From Podarcis gaigeae (taxonomy: Eukaryota), in NCBI GenBank assembly GCA_964106915.2, contig OZ066917.1: a DNA stretch of 64,000 nt. One strand, written 5' to 3'. The first letter of the stretch is position 1; every line of letters begins with the position of its first letter. This document shows positions 50,433 to 62,394 of the stretch, piece after piece. The notes under the pieces are model-generated. The model was not told the DNA's origin. It saw only the letters and a list, made by a program, of their open reading frames with translations, and did no database searches. The position numbers and the translations under genes were made by a program.

Positions 50433-51363
50433 GTGAGAGAGCAGCACACTGGCTATTGTAACAGTAGCTTAGTATATCACGACCTTGCCTTCACATTGAA
50501 AACAGACGAGCTGCTTATTTTCCACATCACTTTTGGGACAGGATGTGTGATCTGATGCTAGCATTGCTAGCTCCACTTAAAGCATCAGTTTGCAATATGC
50601 GGTGCTCAGGTTTAAACATAAATGGGTTGCGTCTGACTAAGTCATTCTTGGAGTTGACCCATTTAAATCAGTGGGCTTCAGTTAGCCAGGGCTAACTGAA
50701 GCCCACTGGTTTCAATGGGTTTGTTATTATTGTTATTGGGGGTGGGAGGAATTCCAGCTGTTGTCATAAGATTCATTCTTAGTATTTTCAGGAATGGAAG
50801 GATACTTTTTAGCATCTTACATTGCTTCTGCATCACACAGAGTCCTGCGCAGACATCCAAACTGTGTGCATGGTAGGGATGCAAATCACACCAGCCCCAC
50901 CCCGGGTCATCCTCTTCTGTACAGGGGCTATGTAGAGCCTAGTATCCACATAAGCTCAGACCACACCTAACCGTGCCTCTTGATTTTCAGATCTCCGGGT
51001 GGTGTGGGTAGGATCTGTGTATGCTGGGTTGTACACACATAGCTAAACTTGCAAACAGCATTTTGGGTGAGGCAAGCACACCACGGAGGATGGGATGGGC
51101 TAAGCTGGCAAGATCCCCATTTCCCACCACACACATAGAGATGGAATGTCTGTGTAGGGCTGCAACCCACAAGGGAGACTCTGTACCAATGGCTTAGTCA
51201 TGCAGAAGAATGCTTTCCCCCCACCAAATCCGCTGTCATGACTTGCAAAGACAAATGCTTCTAATGCCAAGGTGTGAGGGACAGAGGCTGTAATGTGAGA
51301 ACAACCCCGAGGAAGCATATTAAAAATGGATAACTTCTCCACTCTCTTCTTTCTCGTATCCAG

Positions 51364-51769
51364 AATGCTCCAGTTACAACATCACCAGCCAGCCTGTCAC
51401 CAACCTTCTCAGGTGTCCCAGTCGCACACCATCCTCATGCCTGACACTACAGGAAGCAAAGCATCCAGTTCCTTCCCCCTGTCCGAACTGCAGAGCGAGA
51501 ACTCATTAGAGTTTGCCTTCCGCAACACCCAGTTTCTCCAGCCTCACCTGTTTGGAGTCAGTGTTTCTCCAGTAACTTCAGCTGCTCACCTCCTAGACAC
51601 CCACCTGCACATCAGTAGCAATGTCTCCCCCATCGCCTCCATGTTTTCTCAGCAGAATGGCTTTGCTGTGCAACCTCCGAGCTATGATGCAGTTACTTTG
51701 CAGCATGGGGACTTTGAAATGGAGGACCTTACATCCACCCAGATGGGGAAGTTCGTCTTAGTCAAATAA
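51364..51769 (+). CDS. SIK1: SIK1 exon 14 coding part (terminal exon)
   Basis: atccag|(R)MLQLQHHQ...AAHLLDTHLHIS...DFEMEDL...GKFVLVK-TAA; 406 nt, which closes the frame (total 2397 nt). Confidence 0.94.
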
Positions 51770-54340
51770 GATTCCCCTCCCCCCTTCCTGCTCTCCAGTT
51801 CTCGTGATTCACACATCTCTCTTTTGGAAGAGTGTGCTGCTCTCGCTACAATCTGCAGATGGGTGATTTTTATTATTTTTTTGCAACAGTAAAAACTCAG
51901 AAGCAATAACCTGTTTGAAATATGTGAAGAGGCCATTTGGCTTAGTAAAGCCCCGAACTTTATAGAACTTAAAGAAAAAAGCAATACTTGCGTCTTTTGG
52001 CTTCAACTGTACTTGCACTGAACAAATGTAACCAGAAACTGAAAGGAGAAAAAAAAACTTTTTTGTTTTTGGAAGAAAAGAATGACAGGGAAGTGGGGGT
52101 GGGGTGGGGAGGGCACAGGAGAACACTTTTCTGGTACTGTATTAAAGTCAGGCCAATACAGCTCTGCTGTTATGCAAGACTTTGACAGCTGTCAATGGTT
52201 GTGGTGTAGCAGGGGAAGGCTTTTCAAAGAAGGGACCAGAGCCACCCTATTCACAATATTTGTTTATGGATTTGTGAAGGCGATAATTACCTCTTTTCTT
52301 AAAGATGACAAGCAAGAAAAAACCGCCACCCACAAACATAAACACAGATGCTTTTGTGTCACATTAATCGTTGATAGGGGAATAATGACAAAATTATTAC
52401 GCATTATTTGTTTTTATACTCTTGCTAAAGGAACCAAGACCTCTCTTTACTTTATATTCTCCCTTACTCAAAGGTTTATACCTTAAGAGGAAACTGTGAA
52501 CTTTTCTGCTTAGTCTCTCACTTGTAGCAGCTAAGGGTAGTTTGTATTCATTAGAAGCAATTAATTTGTCCTCTGGCGGTTCTGTTACCAGACTACAAAT
52601 TGTGTTCCTGCCTTTCTCTCTTCCGGTGGTGGTGAGGTTCAACAGTAGGAAAATGTCTGTGCATCAATGAGGAGATGCCCATGGAATACCGCAGAGGTGA
52701 TGGGAGCAGAATTGCTAAGAGGTGCTTTTGTGGGAAGGCTTTCTTTTTAAATTCTTCTTTTACCTCCCTCTTCCCTCTGCCACCCCTTGAAAAGCACTAT
52801 AAATGCTTTGAGGTTGCCTATGGGATGTCTCTCACTGCTGCACACAATTAATGCCGCTGCTAATAAGATTTTTATGCATTTCGTTATCAGGGTCCAAACT
52901 GAACCGTCTCGTTGGGGAAACGTGCAATATTCAAAAGGTTGTGACAATTATACTGACAGTCAAAAGGAAATAGGATAGCACAACTTGATACTCTTCGTAA
53001 ACAGTCGTTTTTTGAACAAACTAGTTTAAGTGAGATGAACAGCACAACTTCTGGGTTTTGTTGTTTTGTATACTAATAGACGAGAGGGTTGTTGTTTTTA
53101 TTTTAGGCATTTTTATTTGCGGTTTTAATATTCTGTGTGTGTGCGTGCACACATATAGGACTCAGAAGACAATATACACTACTTGGCTTTTGAAATAAGC
53201 TTTTTGGAGTTCCCTGGCATTTGCTTCCTCTGACCAGAGAATGGCTTTTGTTGATACCAGTGGAAGCCTGGCAATGGATGTCACAGGGAGCAGGGAGACC
53301 ACAGCGGGTCTTCCTTTGACCTAATACATAGTTGGCGGGGTAAAGAGAGTGGGAGATCAATTGTCAGTAGCAGCTGAGCAAGCTTGGCCAAAATTACCAT
53401 TCAAATGTCTGAAAACAGCTTCATTCTGCCTAACACTTTTAAGGACCCATCTCTAAATGTAACACAGGGGTGCCTTCAAGTTACTACTACTGCTTTTTGC
53501 AACCTGCAGTGTTATATATGTAAAAAAAGAAAAAGAAAAAAAAAGCTATTTTTTTAAATAAATAAGCCAAAGACTGTCTGTCTGTGGTGGTAGTGAGGAG
53601 GGAGATAAAGTTGTATAGATCTATCTGTGGCTTTTCAACCTCTTTATCTGTGTACAGTATCTATATTGACGTGTCTTCAGTTTGCTGCTGCTGCTTTGTG
53701 TGCTGGAATCACCAAGGTGAAGGGATATAACTCCGTACAACCTTCTCTCTGACTGGTGCCTTTTGGCAGAGAAAATACCAGACTCATGCTAACTTGCAAG
53801 GCGGTTTGGTGTGTGGTTTGTAGGAGTGGCTACAAGGAGTGGGAGCAAGATCCGTCACAAAGCAGCAACGTTGCCTTCACTTTTGTAAAACGGTAGCAAC
53901 ATGTTATTTTATGAACTGCATTCCCCACCCCAACCATTTCTGTCTTTTTACTTTATTTTCTACCATAGATCAAGAGGCCACAAAAAACAACTTTTTGTTC
54001 TAAGCAATGACAAGCACTTTACTTCTTGAGCCCCCCCCCCCCCCAATTCCTATAGAAAATGCTTTGAAACTATTCTGAAGTAGAAAAAGGTCATTTTCAA
54101 CATTTCAGGGTTTGTGTCTCCTTTCTCTCCCCCTTGTAGTGTTCTTGACAGTACTGTTTTGCAGACTGCAATGCAATAGATTATTTAAATACACTATGTG
54201 ATTGGTTTAATTAAGATGTATAGTTTTATTTTTTATCATGACGAGATCATTTTGTTTCTTATGTTAAAGAGATGTACACCAAAATGATTAGTTGTGTTTT
54301 ATTTAATATTTAAATAAACAGTTGTTGAAATAATCTGCCT
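51770..54340 (+). other. SIK1: SIK1 3'UTR (~2.55 kb)
   Basis: U-rich stretch after the stop with no recognisable interspersed repeats, ending in an AU-rich block with AATAAA followed by a T-rich tract. Confidence 0.7.
54313..54318 (+). terminator. SIK1: Probable main polyadenylation signal AATAAA
   Basis: Canonical hexamer with upstream TGTA motifs and downstream T/GT-rich sequence (54349-54378). Other AATAAA hexamers near 53557 and 55067. Confidence 0.7.
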
Positions 54341-56654
54341 TGCAATCCTTTTTTTTAAAAAAAAGTGTGGGTTTTTTTAAAAAAAGATACATCTATTTGG
54401 GTTTCCCTTACAGCTGATCTTTTTCTAAAGTCTTTTATTTCCATGGAAAACAGAAGGGGTCCTCAGATGTTTTCCACCCCCACACAAATATTACGGTGTT
54501 TTCTGATCTGGTGTTTTGGATTACAGCTTCCAAAACTCTGTGCTAGCTGAGGCTGATGGGAGTTGTAGTCCAAAACATCTGAAAGGCGCTAGGTTGGGAA
54601 AGGCTGGTATACAGAATACATGGAAAAGGAAACCGAACCATGTTCCCTGGCCCTATCCCCAGTCTCCACACAGTCACTGGAACGTATACAAGGTCTTTCT
54701 TTTTGTGTACAATTCTATCCTCTTGAGCGCAAGCAACTAAAATTCATCTGGCACTAACAAATTTATTATGGCTTAACATTTTATGGATTTTGGGGGTCTT
54801 CATAGGGTTGCCAACTTTTGATATTAAAAATACTCATCTGCTGCTCTCCTAGGACCTTACGTGGAGCTAGTTTCACCAAGAACACCGAGAAGGTTAGGGG
54901 AGAAATTTGCAGAAACATAATGAGTCGAGATGAAAATTATATAAAGTCTGTGCCTGTGTGAAACTCAGTATAACAAAACACACCAGGTGATGCTCTGGAT
55001 CAAGTATAGTAATCAGTCAGTCTCTCTCTTCCTCCTACTATTGTATATAGTTAGTATTAAAGTCCAAATAAAAGGAATTATGATGTAGAAATGTCATAAA
55101 ATTATATTCAGTATGGATTTCTAAAAATGGGGCAGTAACTGTCACCTAATAAATTCCATAGGAAGGCCGCATAAATGCCAAATGACTTGTGATTAAATCA
55201 GTAGCACGTTAACACACAAGAATTCCACAGCCAATATATGTAGAAGTACAAATTAAGTATTGTAACTTCACTCAGACCAAACAGGAAAGAAGCATATTGT
55301 CGAGGAGGAATTGTTTTAAAGTTCTGCCTTTCTCACTGGTTCTCCCCTGCCCTGAATAATGGAACATCATAAGATTGTCAAAAGTCTTGGGATCTTTTGG
55401 AAATGTTGCAAATCATCCTCTTGGCTGGCCTTTGAAGCTAAGGATTAAGGTAGCAAAATGAAGGAAGTATCAGTGAACTTAAAAAAATATCTGTTCACGT
55501 ATACGCAAATTCTTGAGCTGTCTCTGTAGTTTACTGGCATTTTAATCCCAGATACTGGTTACTTCCCTGAATGCAGTTTTGCTTGTAAGTCCTGTCAAAT
55601 AATGGCTGGTTGGCAAACCTAGATTTACCCAAGCGAATACTGTTGCCCTTGTTGTGGGGTGATGTAAGTAGGGCAGCTTCTGCTTCCTCCTTGGCCTGCC
55701 ACTAACATCCCATCAGCCACTAAATGCAGTGTACAGGACTTGGGCAATAATTATAATTATTACTTTGTGTGGCATTGCTAGAGACAGGGCTGTAGTGCCA
55801 GCATGGCATAAACACCACTTTCTGCACTGGGGCGGGGGGGGGGGGGAGGTGTGTTCAGAAAGAGATTTCTGTCTCTTATTGGGGACCAATCATGGTTTGG
55901 CAGATGGGTGTTGGCTGGGGGGGAAAGCGCTTGTCTTTTACTTTCAGCAATTGTCAAACAGGAGATGCTGGCAAGCTCTGTGCATGTCATCTGTTTTTGC
56001 ATATGAATTTGGACAAGATCTTCCAAAGCATCTAGATTTTCCACATGCTTATCCCTCTTACATTGCATAAGCAGAAATAAATTGCCTATGAATGCATACT
56101 TTTGGCTCAATAATTCCTTTGGCTACATACCATTAGGGAACTGGGGCTGACACCAACTGTGAACTTAACTCTTAGTATCCCTGCTCATAATGAATGGCTG
56201 CAAATGTAGCTTTTAAATCTGGGGAGTAGAGTGTTGTGGTTTTGCACACGTTTGCTTTGAGAGGCACAGAAGGCTTCTGAGGTTGGAACCTGATCGTGGG
56301 ACGTGTTCTCCCTTCTCCCATGCTGTTTGATTGGTGACCTTGAAGCGTTTCCTTCTTCCTCTATAGCCTGGAATACTGCTCTGTTCCACAGATAATCTCT
56401 CTCTGTAGGGAAGTACTGCATTGCTCATCCCACTTCTCCAAGTTGTGGAAAGTCCCATGGGTTCAGTGTTTACTGAAGGAAGTTGCTGGAGGCTTATTGG
56501 CCTCTTTTAATGGTTCTGTTTGCTTACAAATAAATGGGCTGAGCACAGGGAGAGCTGCAGTGTAAAAACCCCAACAGACAGCCCAAGTTCACTGCTGTCA
56601 TGTCAGATTTCTAGAGAGGCACCCAACACCCTATGGTGCTTACAGAGAGCCCAA

Positions 56655-56659
<5 letters not shown>

Positions 56660-56702
<43 letters not shown>
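56660..56702. repeat. (TC)n microsatellite
   Basis: About 21 units. Confidence 0.95.
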
Positions 56703-56705
<3 letters not shown>

Positions 56706-56761
56706 GCCCTCAAACTGTGGACCCCCAGACACCATCATTTATTAAAGGACAGGTGGATACC

Positions 56762-57163
56762 TGTTGTCTTTGTCCATGTAGTTTTCTTGGCAGGGATACT
56801 GGAGTGGCTTGCCGGTTCCTGCTTCAGGTGGATCACGTTTGGTCAAAACTCTCCACTATGACCTGTCCATCTTGGGTGGCCCTGCATGGCATAGCTCATA
56901 GCTTCTCTGAGTTATTCAAGCCCCTTGGCCACCTCATGAGAAGAGAAGACTCGCTAGAAAAGACCCTGATGTTGGGAAAGATGGAGGGCACAAGGAGAAA
57001 GGGACAACAGAGTTTGAGATGGTTGGACAGTGTTCTCGAAGCTACCAGCATGAGTTTGACCAAACTGCGGGAGGCAGTGGAAGACAGGAGTGCCTGGCGT
57101 GCTCTGGTCCATGGGGTCATGAAGAGTCGGACACGACTAAACGACTAAACAACAACAACAACA
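56762..57163 (+). mobile_element. RTE-BovB LINE insertion: sense 3' end (~56925-57163) plus an apparently inverted segment (56762-~56924)
   Basis: GHLMRREDSLEKTLMLGKMEGTRRKG...RWLD...AWRALVHGVMKSRTRL is the BovB ORF C-terminus. (CAA)n tail and 11-bp TSD AGGTGGATACC (56751-56761 / 57164-57174). Confidence 0.88.
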
Positions 57164-57558
57164 AGGTGGATACCAGCTTTTTGCCTGCTTTTAGGTATTC
57201 CCTCCCATGTCTGTGGAGTACTATTCCAGTCGGAATATATTCAGCCCCTGTAATGGAAGGGTATCCCCCACTGCAGCACCAATCCTGCAAGGAATCCCAG
57301 TAGCAAAGATGACCCCATTCTGGTCCTCTCTGCTGCTGCCACCCACTTAGTGTCACTTTGGGCAAGAGGCACGGGATCCGCTACTTCGTCACAGTGATCT
57401 CTGTGGGATTAAAGAAACAGCAAACCAAACACTGGCTTGGCAATTTCAGTCCATATTCCCACCTGCTCTTCCAGGTACTTGAGCAATGAGTAGCCTAGCC
57501 CAGACAGTCTAAGCGACATGGGAGACAACCAGCCCTTGAGTGTGCCTAGAAATCAGTA

Positions 57559-57800
57559 CAGTGGTACCTCGGATTAAGTACTTAATTCGTTCCAGAGGTC
57601 TGTACTTAACCTGAAACTGTTTTTAACCTGAAGCACCACTTTAGCTAATGGGGCCTCCTGCTGCCGCCGCGCTGCCAGAGCACGATTTCTGTTCTCATCC
57701 TGAAGCAAAGTTCTTAACCTGAAGCACTATTTCTGGGTTAGCGGAGTCTGTAACCTGAAGCGTATGTAGCCTGAAGCATATGTAACCCGAGGTACCACTG
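57559..57800. mobile_element. Tc1/mariner-type MITE
   Basis: TA|CAGTGGTACCTCGG ... CCGAGGTACCACTG|TA: perfect 14-bp TIR and TA TSD. Confidence 0.9.
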
Positions 57801-58164
57801 TATAGCCCAGGAATCCAATCCAGCAGTTTATTCAAAAGGAGTATATCACTTGCAGGTTGAAGGATCAAGATGGACAAAGGATTGTTTGGCTCAGGGTGTT
57901 GATTGACAGGTGGCCAGGTAAATGCCCAGGGTCTTGGGGATGAAGCAAGCAGGGGAAGAATGGCAGGAGGTGGGGGGGCTGTCAAAATTGTGAGACAGAA
58001 GCCTTGGTGTGCATTGGGAGTCACAGCCTTCTCATCTATGCATGATGGAAAGCTGGGTAATCTCAAAGCAATGAGGTGGGTAGAGTGTAAGTGTACCACA
58101 GCCCCAACAAGGACCCCCTTAAAGTAATAATAATACAAATAAAAATGTGCACCCAAGCCCCTTA

Positions 58165-58520
58165 AAGGTAAAGGTAAAGGGACCCCTGACCATTAGGTCC
58201 AGTCATGACTGACTCTGGGGTTGCGGCGCTCATCTTGCTTTATTGGCCAAGGGAGCCAGCGTACAGCTTCTGGGTCATGTGGCCAGCATGACTAAGCCGC
58301 TTCTGGCGAACCAGAGCAGCACACGGAAACGCCGTTTACCTTCCCGCCAGAGTGGTACTTATTTATCTACTTGCACTTTGACGTGCTTTCGAACTGCTAG
58401 GTTGGCAGGAGCAGGGAGCGAGCAGCAGGAGCTCACCCCGTCGTGGGGATTCGAACCGCCGACCTTCTGATCAGCAAGTCCTAGGCTCTGTGGTTTAACC
58501 CACAGCGCCACCCACGTAAC
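58165..58520 (-). mobile_element. Sauria-type SINE
   Basis: Reverse complement of the family, (AAAGGT)n tail at the left end, 13-bp TSD CCCAAGCCCCTTA (58152-58164 / 58523-58535). Confidence 0.9.
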
Positions 58521-58841
58521 ACCCCAAGCCCCTTATTTATCATTATTATCCAACTTTCCAAAATTTTAACACTTCTTGAGATGGTTTGACCCCTTTCTGT
58601 TTTAACAATACAAATTCCACAAATATTTTCCATATGTCCTAGGAAGTTTTCCCAATAAAGGAAATACTGAGCATGGAAGGTACTGTCATTGAGCAAGAGG
58701 GTTACAATACTTATTGCTTTTGGCTTTCCCTGAGCTTCTCTGTCCCCTTTTTAATTTGTGGTTTTCTCTTTTGAAAAGGATACAGTTCTCTTTTTGAAAG
58801 AACTTACTAAATTATAGTGCTGATGCAGAAGGTTGTCTGTT

Positions 58842-58843
<2 letters not shown>

Positions 58844-58883
<40 letters not shown>
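58844..58883. repeat. (GT)n microsatellite
   Basis: About 20 units. Confidence 0.95.
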
Positions 58884-58886
<3 letters not shown>

Positions 58887-60465
58887 CGCGCAAAGACTTC
58901 AGATGATTTGGCTGAGAGAGGCGAGGAGATTATAATGAGCCAGGCTCTGGCATGGGAGAGCAAACTGACGTAATAATGCTGTGAACTTGTTTTCCAGCAA
59001 CAGCTAATTTGGAATCAGCAACCTGCACAAAGAACATTAACACTGCTGACTCATGAAGAAATTCAAAATTATTTTTGTTGGCTAAGTCTCTACCCTTGCC
59101 CCATGCACAACATTTCTATGAGCTTGCTAGCCAGATCATGGGTTGTTTATTATTTTACCCCACTTCCAAATCCTATCTGGCTGAATTAGATTGAAGTACC
59201 CTCATGTGAGTGTCTCAACACAGGCAATGGAACTAGATCTTTAGCTTCACACTATTTGTGATGGTTCAGTTCAGCAAACAAGAAACTTGGCGTTATGCAC
59301 TTTAATTTCCAAACCAAAAAGGGTTTGTCTGCTTGCAGATTGCACCTCTGATGTTGTAGGGCCCAGTCTGAGATGCATGTGCTTGTGATTAAAATCATAG
59401 ACGGTAGCCTGAGGGTTATCTAGCCCAACCCCTTGCAGTGCAGGAATCTCAGCTAGATCATACATGACAACCTCTGCTCAATTATTACCATGTCCAGTGT
59501 TTGCTGGTCTATGTAGACATGGGTTAAATATCTTGCTGAAATCTGTTCCCAATTAGGTTTTTAAAAGTGCTTCCTATTCAATCGTACCTCTTAATAAGAT
59601 ATATCTACTGTCCTGATCTTTTGTTGTTACTTTAGGATAGAGGTTATATGACCAATTTTAGTTTGGCACCAGCTGAGGCCTAGTATACAGATTGTTTAAA
59701 TGCAATTTTCCAAAAGTTTCTCCTGTGTTTCCTATGTATGTGTTTCTTGCATCCAAAGGATTTCTACTTTGGGAGTTTTTTCATGCACAAGTTGTTTTGC
59801 ACTTAAGGAAGAAATGTTATCTACGCTTGCCAGAATTAATTAACTGAAAGAAAAAACACACACACCACATAGCACAACAATTTATTATCTCAATAATTCA
59901 CTACTATCAACTTTGTATTTATTGCTTCAGCTTTCTCTTCAACTGTGTAATGTTTTAGATATCACGTTTCCCTTTGTTCAAGATTAGATTGCCTCATTGG
60001 AATACTTTGGTCAAATTCTTCTTTGGCCTTCCTGTTCTTCAAACCTCCCCAACAACCTGCAACACACAATTTTCAATAGTTTGTTTGCCGCTGCTGATTT
60101 CTTGATTAGTTCTCTGGTTTTCTTTATCTATACACTTTACAAAGTTTAAATTCTCAGTGATTATCACTATGTTTTTGTGATTATGAACCACAAATAATTT
60201 TGGTAGAAAACCCCACTGGTATTTTATTCTTCGGCAGTTCTCTTGTTATGATTCTAACCCCCATGTCTTAATAGCGCTGGGTGCTTGTCAAAACACTTGT
60301 GTTTTAGCTCTGACTAGCATTATCCATTGACTTTAATAGATATAGTGTGGAATAGTTACTTACTTTAAAATATAATAATTTTATTTTACACATCTCTAGG
60401 TTTCTAAAGCTGGGCTGTTATATTAGAATTTAACCTTTCCACAGATTACAAAAAAATGAATAATC

Positions 60466-60816
60466 AAACAGCCTCAGTCCAGTATATCTGAAGGAGCGTC
60501 TCCACCCCCATCGTTCTACCCGGACACTGAGGTCCAGCACCGAGGGCCTTCTGGCAGTTCCCTCACTGCGAGAAGCCAAATTACAGGGAACCAGGCAGAG
60601 GGCCTTCTCAGAGGTGGCACCCAACCTGTGGAATGCCCTCCCACCAGATATCAAAGAGAACAACTACCAGAGTTTTAGAAGACATCTGAAGGCAGCCCTG
60701 TTTAGGGAAGCTTTTAATGTTTGATGTATTACAGTATTTTAATTTTTTTTGGAAGCCGCCCAGAGTGGCTGGGGAAGCCCAGCCAGATGGGCGGGGTATA
60801 AATAATAAATAATAAA
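60466..60816 (+). mobile_element. L2-type LINE 3' fragment
   Basis: Translates to YLKERL...RTLRSS...RAFSEVAPNLWNALP, the typical L2 ORF2 C-terminus, followed by a 3'UTR and (AATA)n tail. Confidence 0.8.
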
Positions 60817-60885
60817 TTCTTATTCTTATTCTTATTCTTATTTACCCTCCACAAAGGATTTCCCTCCACTCTTTACTCATATGCA

Positions 60886-61245
60886 AAAGGTAAAGGACCC
60901 CTGGATGGTTAAATCCAGTTAAAGGCGACTATGGGGTTGTGACCCTCATGTTGCTTTCAGGCTGAGGGAGCTGGCATTTGTCCACAGACAGCTTTCCAGG
61001 TCATGTGGCCAGCATGACTAAACCACTTCTGGTGCAACAGAATACCGTGACGGAAACCAGAGTGCACGGAAATGCCATTTACCTTCCTGCCGCAGTGGTA
61101 CCTATTTATCAACTTGCACTGGTATGCTTTCAAACCGCTAGGTTGGCAAAAGCTGGGACAGAGCAATGGGAGCTCACCCCATTGCACAGATTCAAACCAC
61201 TGACCTTCTGATCGGCAAGCCCAAGAGGCTCAGTGGTTTAGTGCC
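60886..61245 (-). mobile_element. Sauria-type SINE, older or diverged subfamily
   Basis: aaaggtaaagg tail and colinear similarity to 58165-58520. Confidence 0.8.
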
Positions 61246-62394
61246 ACTCTCCTATGTAGAATGTGCCTCTATTCTGGTCCTCGTAGCCCCACCTGAGAAG
61301 GCTGCTTATCCTGCAGCGGGTTGGTGGATGTTGGTTGAAAGAGACCTGATTTTGCTCCTGCAAAGCTCTCTTCCCTCTGGCTACATCTTCCTCACAACTA
61401 AAACACTAATTTCAGGTATTCATTTCTATCTAATATTGGGTATTGTTTCCCTTCAGTACTACTTTTGTGCCTGCCTCGTCCCCCGGAACATCCATTAACC
61501 AGTTCATAAGCATTCAGTGTCTGCATTCATAATTTCATTGTTTGTTTGAAAAATTGCTGCACATAACATTGTGTGTATTTGTGTATTTGTGCATATGTAC
61601 ATGTTTTCCAACTCTTGCTATTCTCGTCTGATTTTAGAAGTAGGACTTTATGATTGTTGAGAAAGTATTCAGCCATGCAGGGAAACCCTCTGTGGTAGAA
61701 GAAATGACGCGCAGCAAGCCAGCTTGCTTTGTGCGGTTGAATTTTCCTGCATGTCTGCTACATGAATCATTCTGACACTTGTACTGTTTCATGATCTAGA
61801 AAAGTCAGACTTGCTCCCTACCTGTTAATGAGGCTAAAACTTCTAAGCCCCAGCGAGTGGCATTTGAAATGTTCCAACAGGCAACAACTAAATAACGAAT
61901 TAAATAAAAGGGGGAAGAATCAGAACAGCCAGCAGAGTTTCCCTCTGTGCCGAACATTTCTTTAGTTGTTAAAATAAGGCTGCCACTTTCCAGACCACAC
62001 TCATGCAGTGGCTAAGAGTGTGGTCCGGAAAGTCCCCAGTTCATAGGGTGCTCCAGTCATAAGTGATCTTGAGCCAGTTTACAGATGGATACATTTGTCA
62101 ATTTTGGCAGCACTAGATTTAGGGTGGTTCGGGTGGTTCCACTGTACAAAGTACCGAGCCGTAGGGGTGCAAAACTGAGAAGACCCATAATTGAGAAGAT
62201 CCATTTTGGGGTGCCAAATTTTGGGCTCGCACAGGGCTCCATGTTATGAAAGATAACAAAGTCTGCCCCTGGTTTTTTGTTTCTCTCCATTTGTTTGTTT
62301 GTTTTGCAAAATTTAGTTCTTCTCAATTCTGTGAGCAAATTGTGTGTGTCTATATATGTTTAGTCTCATGGAAATTTGTCAGCATTTTAGTGTA

